Below are positions 10,701 through 22,700 of a DNA stretch of 64,000 nt, one piece after another (position 1 is the first letter of the stretch; each line of letters starts with the position of its first letter). This stretch comes from Macrostomum hystrix (lineage: Eukaryota; Animalia; Platyhelminthes), in assembly GCA_950097015.1 (NCBI GenBank), contig CATNEN010000041.1, forward strand, positions 992,001 through 1,056,000, in the 5' to 3' direction. The translations under genes were made by a program, and so were the position numbers. Below the pieces are notes generated by a model. It searched no databases, was not told the origin of the DNA, and was given only the letters and a program-made list of their open reading frames with translations.

Positions 10701-13700
10701 TTTCTAAGCATTGCCACAAATTCCTTGGCTTTGCTGCGCTGTTCGAAGTGTTGTCGCAAACCGAAGTTCATTTGACTTTTACGATGCAAGTAGCCAAAAT
10801 AACTTTGAGGTTTCCTTCATTTAAAGTCTCACATTTACTGCTTCGCAAAGGTATAGCGAAATGGGCCAACCACACCTTCCCACAGTGTCCACAAAATCGA
10901 TGTTAAAAACAATGACAGGACTAACCACACTACAAGACAGTCTCTCTTACCAAAGCAAGCACAGTAGAATCGAACTTCATAGTCATTGCAGATGCTTGGG
11001 TATTGGTTCTCATTCTCGCACAGGAGTCCATTCTCCAGGTCGCAGATCAGCTCCTGGGGCAGCTGATCAACTGACTCTTTGCTCTGTGAATCGCGGCACT
11101 CGATTCCTTTAGGTTCTGGGCAGAAGTTCGGCCACTTTCGCCTTGCTTTCTCTATTGTCTCGACATCGCCATGCCCAGTGCTAGGCCGATCCAGATTGAT
11201 CCAGTCGGTCCATTCCTCACAGACGGTGGTTTGTGTGCTTGGGACAAACGTGGTTTCCTGGGTCGTTGGTCTCGGAGTCCTTGTAGTCTCTGAAGGAGTC
11301 TCCGAGCTCGGAGTCCTTGATGGCTCAGACGGAGTGGGTGGGCTCGGAGTCCTTGATGGCTCAGACGGAGTGGGTGGGCTCGGAGTCCTTGATGTCTCAG
11401 ACGGAGTGGGTGGGCTCGGAGTCCTTGATGGCTCAGACGGAGTGGGTTGGCTCGGAGTTCTTGATGGCTCAGACGGAGTGGGTGTGCTCGGAGTCCTTGA
11501 TGGCTCAGACGGAGTGGGTTGGCTCGGAGTTCTTGATGGCTCAGACGGAGTGGGTGGGCTCGGAGTCCTTGATGGCTCAGACGGAGTGGGTTGGCTCGGA
11601 GTTCTTGATGGCTCAGACGGAGTGGGTGGGCTCGGAGTCCTTGATGGCTCAGACGGAGTGGGTTGGCTCGGAGTTCTTGATGGCTCAGACGGAGTGGGTG
11701 GGCTCGGAGTCCTTGATGGCTCAGACGGAGTGGGTTGGCTCGGAGTTCTTGATGGCTCAGACGGAGTGGGTGGGCTCGGAGTCCTTGATGGCTCAGACGG
11801 AGTGGGCGGACTCGGAGTTCTTGATGGCTCAGACGGAGTGGGCGGGCTCGGAGTTCTTGATGGCTCAGACGGAGTGGGCGGGCTCGGAGTTCTTGATGGC
11901 TCAGACGGAGTGGGAGGGCTCGGAGTCCTTGATGGTTCAGATGGAGTGGGAGGGCTCGGAGTCCTTGATGGCTCAGACGGAGAGGGTGGGCTCGGAGTCC
12001 TTGATGGCTCAGACGGAGAGGGTGGGCTCGGAGTCCTTGATGGCTCAGACGGAGTGGGTTGGCTGGGAGTTCTCGATGGCTCAGACGGAGTGTCTGGGCT
12101 CGGAGTCCTTGGTGGTTCTGTCGTAGAGTTGGTCTCTGAAATTAAATATATATTCTCGTGAGCCGAAGTCTTCTTCAATTATCGTTCTATTTAATTTCAG
12201 AAATATTATTCTACGCTTTTTCAAAACTTCATGCGTAACTTAACGTGCTTTTCACTATAGTTTTAGCACTTTGCTTATATTCTTCTGAAGACATATAATA
12301 TGGCGTCAACAGTATCAATAAACCATTGCCAGAATTTAAGGTCTTTAAAATACCATTCCACCAGCAATAAGGCTCATGACTCACCAAAGCACTCGCAGAA
12401 GTATCGGACCTCGTAGTCCAGACACTTGGTGGGGTACTGGTTCTCGTTCTTGCACACCAGGCCTTCGTTCACATCGCAGATGAGCTCCTGAGGAATGTCG
12501 GTGACGTCCTTCTTGCTGTCCGAGTCTCGGCACTGGATGCTGATCGGGTTGGGACAGAATCCAGGCCAGCGGTCTCTGGCCTTCTCGATGGTCTCGATGT
12601 CTCCGTCACCGGTGGACGGATTGTCCAGATTGATCCAGTCGGTCCATTCCTCACAGACGGTGGTTTGTGTGCTTGGGACAAACGTGGTTTCCTGGGTCGT
12701 TGGTCTCGGAGTCCTTGTAGTCTCTGACGGAGTCTCCGAGCTCGGAGTCCTTGATGGCTCAGACGGAGTGGGTGGCCTCGGAGTCCTTGATGTCTCAGAC
12801 GGGGTTGGTGGGCTCGGAGTCCTTGGTGGCTCAGACGGAGTGGGCGGCCTCGGAGTCCTTGATGGCTCAGACGGAGTGGGCGGGCTCGGAGTCCTTGATG
12901 GCTCGGACGGAGTGAGTGGGCTCGGAGTCCTTGATGGCTCAGACGGAGTGGGCGGGCTCGGAGTCCTTGATGGCTCGGACGGAGTGAGTGGGCTCGGAGT
13001 CCTTGATGGCTCGGACGGAGTGGGTGGGCTCGGAGTCCTGGGTGATTCTGTTGTAGAATTAGTATCTGAAAAAGGAAATTTTCCGTAACTCCATGAGCCT
13101 TTCTGTCAAAGAGTGTTTTTTAATTTCGGGTAAATTTAAATTCGGGAGAAGCATCTAATGTCATTGTATTCTTAATAGGCATGTTATGTTTCAAGAATAG
13201 TTTAATCACTTATCTTTTTTTGGGGGAAGACGAGAAGTACATCGTCATACAGTATATATCCGCTAATCATTGGCTAAGTTTTAGATCTGAAGAAAGTTAT
13301 TCCTCTAGCAAAAAAATTATTAACCTACCAAAACACTCGCAGAAGTATCGGACCTCGTAGTCCAGACACTTGGTTGGGTACTGGTTCTCGTTCTTGCACA
13401 CCAGGCCTTCGTTCACATCGCAGATGAGCTCCTGAGGAATGTCGGTGACGTCCTTCTTGCTGTCCGAGTCTCGGCACTGGATGCTGATCGGGTTGGGACA
13501 GAATCCAGGCCAGCGGTCTCTGGCCTTCTCGATGGTCTCGATGTCTCCGTCACCGGTGGACGGATTGTCCAGATTGATCCAGTCGGTCCATTCCTCACAG
13601 ACGGTGGTTTGTGTGCTTGGGACAAACGTGGTTTCCTGGGTCGTTGGTCTCGGAGTCCTTGTAGTCTCTGAAGGAGTCTCCGAGCTCGGAGTCCTTGATG

Positions 13701-16700
13701 TCTCAGACGGAGTGGGTGGGCTCGGAGTCCTTGATGTCTCAGACGGAGTGGGTGGGCTCGGAGTTCTTGATGGCTCAGACGGAGTGGGTGGGCTCGGAGT
13801 CCTTGATGGCTCAGACGGAGTGGGTGGGCTCGGAGTCCTTGATGTCTCAGACGGAGTGGGTGGGCTCGGAGTCCTTGATGGCTCAGACGGAGTGGGTGGG
13901 CTCGGAGTCCTTGATGGCTCAGACGGAGTGGGTGGGCTCGGAGTCCTTGATGGCTCAGACGGAGTGGGTGGGCTCGGAGTCCTTGATGGCTCAGACGGAG
14001 TGGGTGGGCTCGGAGTCCTTGATGGCTCAGACGGAGTGGGTGGGCTCGGAGTCTTTGTTGGCTCAGACGGAGTTGCTGCGCTCGGAGGCGATGGGTATTC
14101 TGATGTCTTGTTTGTGTCTGGAATAAATGTAATAATTAGTCTTGTCTGTCAGCATGACTGCAAGTCCCTGAAAGTATAGAACAAAGTAACAAAACCTTTG
14201 GTCTGGCTCAAAAGTCACTAACTTCTGAGGAATGTAATCTATTCCATTTGCATTTGGCACTGTCCAAATTTTCGATCTAAACAATTTTCACATTTAAGTA
14301 ATAGATCTTGTCCGAAAAATGTCTACCTTCCATGTTTAAAAAAAATTTAATCGGTTGTATGATAGATCGCATTATTGCAGATCACACTCGGCCCCGCAAT
14401 TTAGGCATCGGCTTTTGCTACTTAATGCTCTCTCCAGACTCATTTTGTGTCATAACGTGAGTGCTGCGAATTACCGAAATCGGCAAACGTGCATTGAAGA
14501 TGCAATTTTAAATTTAATGAGTGAGTATTAAATTAAATATTCAAATGAGTCGATATCTCACCGAAGCACTCGCAGAAGTATCGGACCTCGTAGTCCAGAC
14601 ACTTGGTGGGGTACTGGTTCTCGTTCTTGCACACCAGGCCTTCGTTCACATCGCAGATGAGCTCCTGAGGAATGTCGGTGACATCCTTCTTGCTGTCCGA
14701 GTCTCGGCACTGGATGCTGATCGGGTTGGGACAGAATCCAGGCCAGCGGTCTCTGGCTTTCTCGATGGTCTCGATGTCTCCGTCACCGGTGGACGGATTG
14801 TCCAGATTGATCCAGTCGGTCCATTCCTCACAGACGGTGGTTTGTGTGCTTGGGACAAACGTGGTTTCCTGGGTCGTTGGTCTCGGAGTCCTTGTAGTCT
14901 CTGACGGAGTCTCCGAGCTCGGAGTCCTTGATGGCTCAGACGGAGTGGGTGGGCTCGGAGTCCTTGGTGGCTCAGACGGAGTGGGTGGGCTCGGAGTCCT
15001 TGATGGCTCGGACGAAGTGGGTGGGCTCGGAGTCCTTGATGGCTCAGAAGGAGTGGGTGGGCTCGGAGTCCTTGATGGCTCAGAAGGAGTGGGTGGGCTC
15101 GGAGTCCTTGATGGCTCAGACGGAGTGGGTGGCATTGAAGTCCTTGATGGCTCGGATGGTGTTGCTGTTGATCCGGGTATGGTATCTGAAATTGTGATCG
15201 GGTTTAATTAAGAGGCTGTGAATTCAAATTTTCTCCTTGTTTTTGCTTCGAATTTTATGAGTGCTGCGGAAGGAGCGGGACTTTTTCAATACAGTGTTGA
15301 ATTTATCAAGGAATTAAAAGAGTTGTATTACATATATATATTTTTTTTGAAGCACTGAACCTTAATGTCTCATTTTTTCGAAATTTAGTAAGCTACCAAG
15401 CTAGTATGGGACCTCTGAGGGCAGAGCATATGAGAATTGGATGTGGATGAGGCTAAGCCATCCCATCAGAAAGTTCATCCCGAGTGTAATGTTAAAATTT
15501 GCTCTCTTTATCTGTGTGAGCTTTGTTTTTGTCCATGGACTTCACAGTCATGGTTAAAAAACGAGCTAAAGAGCACTCATAGAAAAAATTCCGGCAGTTG
15601 ATGAAAGTTGTCGAAAGAGTCGTCCAGAACTTCCCCAATGGCCAACTGCCTACTGTAGCTGAGCTGAATCATCCTTTAGTGCATTATATCGAAGATTTAC
15701 ATCTTTGCTTCATCAAACTGCGAGTGGAGATAGTCTTTTAGTTTGCCTTTTTGCGTTCGGTTTTGAGACTTGCAGTCGCAAATCCGTCCTAACCTTGTCC
15801 CATCAGACTCAGGAAGAGCTAAGAGTTTTGGAAAATGCCATAATCGGCCTGTACCAGCGCTTTTACAAGGCAAAAAAACAATGTAATTGTCGTTTGCGGT
15901 CATTCGTGCGGGAACCAAAGGGTAGCTGAAAGGAGCGTTTAAGTTGCATCACAGAGTCCCAAAGCCATGGATTTTCTCCAGTCTAATTTCTGAGGAGTTG
16001 CAGTTATTCTGATCCCCAAATTTCCAGACCCGGTGAAAGAAAGCTCTACACTAAAGCGACTTTCTTCCGCTGTCTGGACCATTTTACAGTCTGGCTGAGC
16101 CTATAAGAATAATTCATTGCGATGAGATTTCTATAGAATTAGAGCAATGGACATGACAACTGCTGCCATCATATTATTTTCGAAGATGAAAATTTTACTT
16201 TAAGAAACTGATACTTTATGCTTCAACTTTCTATGAAATTTGTGGAAGATTTCTAGAAACAGATCGTAGAAGAAAAGTGTTTTAATAAAAGCCAATTCAA
16301 TGCGGGATCAGCCGTCTCGAAAAAGTGGCGAATTATCATCAACATCGCGTTGAAATAGAATAATGATGAAATTTCAGTTTAACTGCATAGTTTGCATTGA
16401 GTTTAAACGGCCTGACCCTCACATTTGACTTTAAGTAGAGTCTTATATAATAAGTGGCAACTCACAAACTGTTGAGGAGCCTTCTGTAGAAATTCCTGTT
16501 TGTGTGGACCGTGATGGCGAGAGGCTAGCCTGGCTAGATGTCCCCGGCGGTTGGGTTGTCACAGTTGGCAGCGGTGGTTTTGTTGGTGTGGCATTCTTGC
16601 AGTGGTCGTAGTCTAACCAGCATGACAAAGTAATTTGGAATGGTGGACACTCAAACTCAAGCTGTTCATCGTGTTTACAAGAGAACCCAATTTTTAAGCC

Positions 16701-19700
16701 GAAAAGGACTTTAAGTTCAGCATTTGCTGTTCTCTTTGGCATGTAGTCAAGACTAGTGACGTGGTCGCATTTTAAGCCACTTTTCTTTACCAAACTTGTA
16801 ATGCTCTCGTAGTAGCCTGAATCGGTCTCTTCTGGGACAATGGTCGCCGTTCCATCACAGGGAACCAGCGTATCTGTTATCAAGCCTGGTGAGGTTACTG
16901 TGTAGTTTTTATCCACACCCACAGTTGACGACACAGTGCTGTGAACTGTTGGCTGCGAAGTAGATTTATCTAAAAGTCAGAAAGATTCACGCTGGTAGTT
17001 CTTGAAGTAGACCGCGAATTTCGACCGTAAAAACCAATATATATATATATATGTGTGTAAAACTCTTGAAAAAGTCAGGAGCAACCTACCAGTAGCTGCT
17101 GTACTGGTGCTGAGAGAAGCTGAAAATAAGAAAAGGATATATATTCGTATTTACTCTGCTTTTGCATAAAAGTGCTTTTACTTAAAAACTCACCGAAGCA
17201 CTCGCAGAAGTATCGGACCTCGTAGTCCAGACACTTGGTGGGGTACTGGTTCTCGTTCTTGCACACCAGGCCTTCGTTCACATCGCAGATGAGCTCCTGA
17301 GGAATGTCGGTGACGTCCTTCTTGCTGTCCGAGTCTCGGCACTGGATGCTGATCGGGTTGGGACAGAATCCAGGCCAGCGGTCTCTGGCCTTCTCGATGG
17401 TCTCGATGTCTCCGTCACCGGTGGACGGGTTGTCCAGATTGATCCAGTCGGTCCATTCCTCACAGACGGTGGTTTGTGTGCTTGGGACAAACGTGGTTTC
17501 CTGGGTCGTTGGTCTCGGAGTCCTTGTAGTCTCTGAAGGAGTCTCCGAGCTCGGAGTCCTTGATGGCTCAGACGGAGTGGGCGGGCTCGGAGTCCTTGAT
17601 GGCTCAGACGGAGTGGGCGGGCTCGGAGTTCTTGATGGCTCAGACGGAGTGGGTGGGCTCGGAGTCCTTGATGGCTCAGACGGAGTGGGCGGTCTCGGAG
17701 TCCTTGTAGTCTCTGAAGGAGTCTCCGAGCTCGGAGTCCTTGATGGCTCAGACGGAGTGGGCGGGCTCGGAGTCCTTGATGGCTCAGACGGAGTGGGCGG
17801 GCTCGGAGTCCTTGATGGCTCAGACGGAGTGGGTGGGCTCGGAGTCCTTGATGGCTCAGACGGAGTGGGCGGTCTCGGAGTCCTTGTAGTCTCTGAAGGA
17901 GTCTCCGAGCTCGGAGTCCTTGATGTCTCAGACGGAGTGGGTGGGCTCGGAGTCCTTGATGGCTCAGACGGAGTGGGTGGGCTCGGAGTCCTTGATGGCT
18001 CAGACGGAGTGGGTGGGCTCGGAGTCTTTGTTGGCTCAGACGGAGTTGCTGCGCTCGGAGGCGATGGGTATTCTGATGTCTTGTTGGTCTCTGGAATAAA
18101 GGTAATAATTAGTCTTGTCTGTCAGCATGACTGCAAGTCCCTGCAAGTAGAACCAAGAAAGAAAACATTTGGTCTGCCCCAAAAAGTTACTTTCTTCTGA
18201 GGCATGCAATCTATCCCATATTCGTGTAGCACTGTCCAAATTTTCGATCTAAACAATTTTCACATTCAAGTAAAAGATCTCGCAAAAATTTCTGCTTGCC
18301 GTGTTTTGAAAAAAAATATTTAATCGGTTGTATGATAGATCGCATTATTGCAGGTCACTCTCGGCCTCCCAATTTAGGCATCGGCTTTTGCTACTTAATG
18401 CTCCCTCCATACTCATTTTGTGTCATAACGTGAGTGCTGCGAATTACCGAAATCGGCAAACGCGCATTGAGGATGCATTGTAGCATCTAACGAAAGTTAT
18501 TAAATTCTACCACCCAGATCATCTGATCAGAGGCCGTCGATATCTCACCGAAGCACTCGCAGAAGTATCGGACCTCGTAGTCCAGACACTTGGTGGGGTA
18601 CTGGTTCTCGTTCTTGCACACCAGGCCTTCGTTCACATCGCAGATGAGCTCCTGAGGAATGTCGGTGACGTCCTTCTTGCTGTCCGAGTCTCGGCACTGG
18701 ATGCTGATCGGGTTGGGACAGAATCCAGGCCAGCGGTCTCTGGCTTTCTCGATGGTCTCGATGTCTCCGTCACCGGTGGACGGGTTGTCCAGATTGATCC
18801 AGTCGGTCCATTCCTCACAGACGGTGGTTTTTTTAGTCCAGTCGGTGCCGGCTGTTGTCGGCGCTCTAGTTGTGGGCTGACATCCGGGAATGACAACCTC
18901 TTCAACGGTATTGTTCCGGCACGCCTTGTACTTGCACTCCTCGACTCCCCAAATTGTTCCTGGCGGCACTTCCCGGCCTTCGTCGTCCATGCACGGGCAC
19001 TGCTCCTCGCGGACGCACTCGTCTCTGCTCTTGTAGAATCCGTCCGGACAGTCGATCGTCTTGCAGCCGGGAACGCAGTTGGATGAGTTTGTGTTACAGT
19101 ATCCGATCTCTTTCAGTTTCGAATCGAAGTAATGACAAATCAGAGTACACTTAATGGCGCAATCGTCATAGTAACAGGACGTCGGACGTGTAATTTCACT
19201 GGTCGTTAGAGTTGCGGTACCCGTAGTTGCAGTGGATCGGTCTTCTGCAAGTAATGAGTAAGGTTGATATTGTTTTTTTAATTGCTTTGCATTTAAAATT
19301 GAGTAGACCAACTCAACTTACCGCACTGAATTAGGTCCAGCCGGACACTGGCTGATCCGTAGAAGCGCTTTGGATATAGACGAACGCATTTCGCGTTTAC
19401 TGTCTGGAGGTCCGGCGTAAAATAGTTGGTAACAGCCGTGTTCTGGTCGATGTTGGCGTCAAGCTCCTGAAAGGGGTAAAGGATGGGTGAATTTAGCTCA
19501 TTTTATAACTTAGCTAATTTAGTTTCTTGTAGGTTCTCAACCACTTGCCTTGCCACCTAAGATTGGGCGGAATGTCTTGCAATCCTCGCTGACTTGCACG
19601 GTGAATTCGTTGACGAATTGGTGCATGTCCTCCCGGCCTTGGGTTCGCATTCCGACGAACTGCAGGGCCTCAGGTACTTGAACTTCAATCCATGGAGTAG

Positions 19701-22700
19701 CGTCCTTTGTATCAGCAGTCCACGCGCCATAGCCGGAGCTGTCCTTTTTAGTGTTGATCCTGGCTCGCTGGGGTCCGTGCATCGGGTCCTTGCCCCGGAA
19801 GCTGCTGGATGCAAAGGCGGAGTCGCTTAACTCCCAGACGATGCCCTTTTCCACGGTTGGTGGCGGACAAACTTTGGACGAGCATCGGCAGAAAAATCGA
19901 ACCTCATAGTCGTAGCACTGCTTCGTGCTGGACAGTCCCGACTGATCTTTGTTCAGGCACTGAAGTCCGCTCGCGAGTGAGCACTTTCCGAACTGGGTGT
20001 TGAAGCCAATGTTCTGCTTGTGAACAAACACATCGCGGCATTGAATCTGCTCGATTATTCCATCGCCGCAAATTTTGCCTGTCTGCTTTTCAATCTCAGC
20101 CACAGTTTCCGAGTCGCCACCCTGGAGACCTGTGGTGGGCTTGTTTAGGTTGATCCAGTGCGTCCAACCGTGCACACAGTCCTTTAATTTTGGTGTGGAT
20201 ACTTCAGGAGTAGTCGTTGTTGAGGCTGGGGTTTCAGTGCTCGTCAGCGTTGGTTCTGAGCTAGTTGTTGTCCAGATGTGAGAAGGGCTTGAACTTTGTG
20301 TTGTAAAAGTTCCTTCAGTCGGTGAAGGACTGAAGGAGGAACTAGAGGTAGAATCCCACGAACTCGTAGAACCACATACACAATAAAACCGAATGGCGTA
20401 GTCAAAGCAACGACTGTGTGCAATCTGCTGGCTGTTCTTGCAGACAAGACCGACACTTTTGCCAATCTGCTTCACCTGCTTGTCAATCTCGGCTGGGTCC
20501 GCTGCTTCCAACGTCTTGTACTCAACTTTAGAAATATCTTCAACTTCGCAGAACTGGTATTTGCGCCTCAAGTTGGGAATGATCTCGTAGTCTCCATCGC
20601 CGGTTGTTGGCGAGGATGTGTTCATCCAATCGGTCCAGCCAGTGACATCGCAGAGTGGCGGATACGGAGCACCTGTGCTTGTGGTTGCACCAGGGGTCGT
20701 CGTGGAGCAAGGATCACCAGTTTTTATCAGAGTGTTATTGCAGCCGCAGAAGCAGTTCTGACACGGGTCACAAACGTCGGGATCTGTGATGCGCTGGCCT
20801 TCCCCGTAGTCTCGTCCGTTGAAACGGCAAGTACACTCGCATAAACTTTCATTGATGCATTTGCCTTCGTGTAACACAGTTCCAGGAGGACACGGCTGCG
20901 ACTCACAACCCTCGATGCACATCAGGTCCTGACATGCGGTTTCTCTCAATTGTTCGGCGTGCTTGTCTTTGTTATCGCATGTCTTCGGCGGACAAACTGA
21001 TTTGCACGGAGTGACGTGGTCGCAATCTTCATCACACTGCATCGGGCAGACAGACTGTGTTCGCCAGTGTACTTGGAGTCCAACCAGGTTGCACTTTTGC
21101 ACATAGTGAGCCACGTTAGCGCAGAAGCACTCGCAGTCGCCGCCCTTGTCACACAGACAAGAGTCCTGCACGCATTTATCATAGAAGGGCTTAGGATCAA
21201 TTAGTGCGTGGCACTTGCTCATGTTGACGTGATCAAGGAGGATCTCTTTACACCTGGCTTTCGCCCAGATTTCCCTCTCCTTAGCTGAGTCGCACGTGTC
21301 AACTAGCAAATCGGCATTCGGACAGGCAGCTCGGGTCTTCCACTTGTCGACGAATTCAGGCACCCGGTCAATGATCATGTTGGATGATGGGCCGACAAAG
21401 TCAGTCTTCTGGTCGTTGTCAAAAGTGCCACAGAGTCCACGAACTCTGTCGCGATGTCGTTCATCAAGTGAGATGTACACCCTGCTCTGTTGGTCAAAGT
21501 ACACAGTCACACCGATGTCCAACAGGTGAACAATGTTAAACAACTTGTCCGAGGTGTGACGAAGAACTGAACCATGATCGTGTGTCAGGCTGCTCTGTGC
21601 ATCGTCCCAGATCATGTTGCGTGAGCGCATAGAAAACGACTTAAGAATGAACGACTTGGCCAGCTTGTACTGCACCATCACGTAGCCGATGCACGTGGCG
21701 CCTGATGTACTGCAGCTGGTGAAACTGGCCAGAATACGGAAGCGCATCTGGTCAACGCTGCCTGAAGTGTCCCAGTCAGCTGACTGTGTCAGCACATACT
21801 CGCAGCGACCTTTTACGCTGTACGTGGCGCCGTCAAATGTCTCAAAGTGGCCGAGGCCCCACACGCTGCACATGGAGGCGCAAGTGGGTCGCCTGCCACA
21901 GTCCCACTTCGATCGCTTGCAGACGCTGAATTGATGTTTATGCGAAAATGCATTCAATGAGACCGAAAATTAATCCTCGATAACAGATACGGATATATAT
22001 ATACATATTATTTTTGTTAAATACTCACCATTCAATGCAGGATGGATGCTGGATAACATCGCCCTCCTTGTAGTCCTTGCCATTGTGCGTGCAGATGCAG
22101 TCTTCCGGCCGCTTGCACTGGCCGTTCACGTCTTCCACCATGCCAGTTGGGCACTGGCAGCCGTCCCGGTCGCAGGTCTGGTTGCAACCAGCTCCGCCAA
22201 GGCCTGTGGCGCAGGTGGGCGGACAGTTAGAGCGACAAGGGGTGTACTCCTTGCCGGCGGAGCAGATCGAGTCGCAGCCGGGACACGGGCCAGGCTTGCA
22301 ATGCCATTTACCGTAGTTGCACTGGCTGATTAAGGGATTTGGTGTTGTAAATGACGAATATGAAGTCTTGATGTGGTTTAAACGAAAAGTACATTGATTT
22401 TAATAATAAATCCGAGCGGTGTTTAGCGCGCCTCACACTTTACTTGCTTGAATATAGTACAAATCTTAACTGCGTCTTATTTATTGATTCTCTTCGATTG
22501 TATCTTTCGGATCAGAAAGCCTACAGAATATTTTTCTAGGAGATCCTACTGATGAGTAACTGTCAATACAAGTACTTTAGCGCACATTAGCGACCTGCCC
22601 TCATCAGTGCAGCCATATTTAATCTGCAGGTAAAAATGCAACATAAACGTCTGTAAAAATAGATGGCCAAGCGCGCGAGCACTCAGACCCTCACCAGGTC

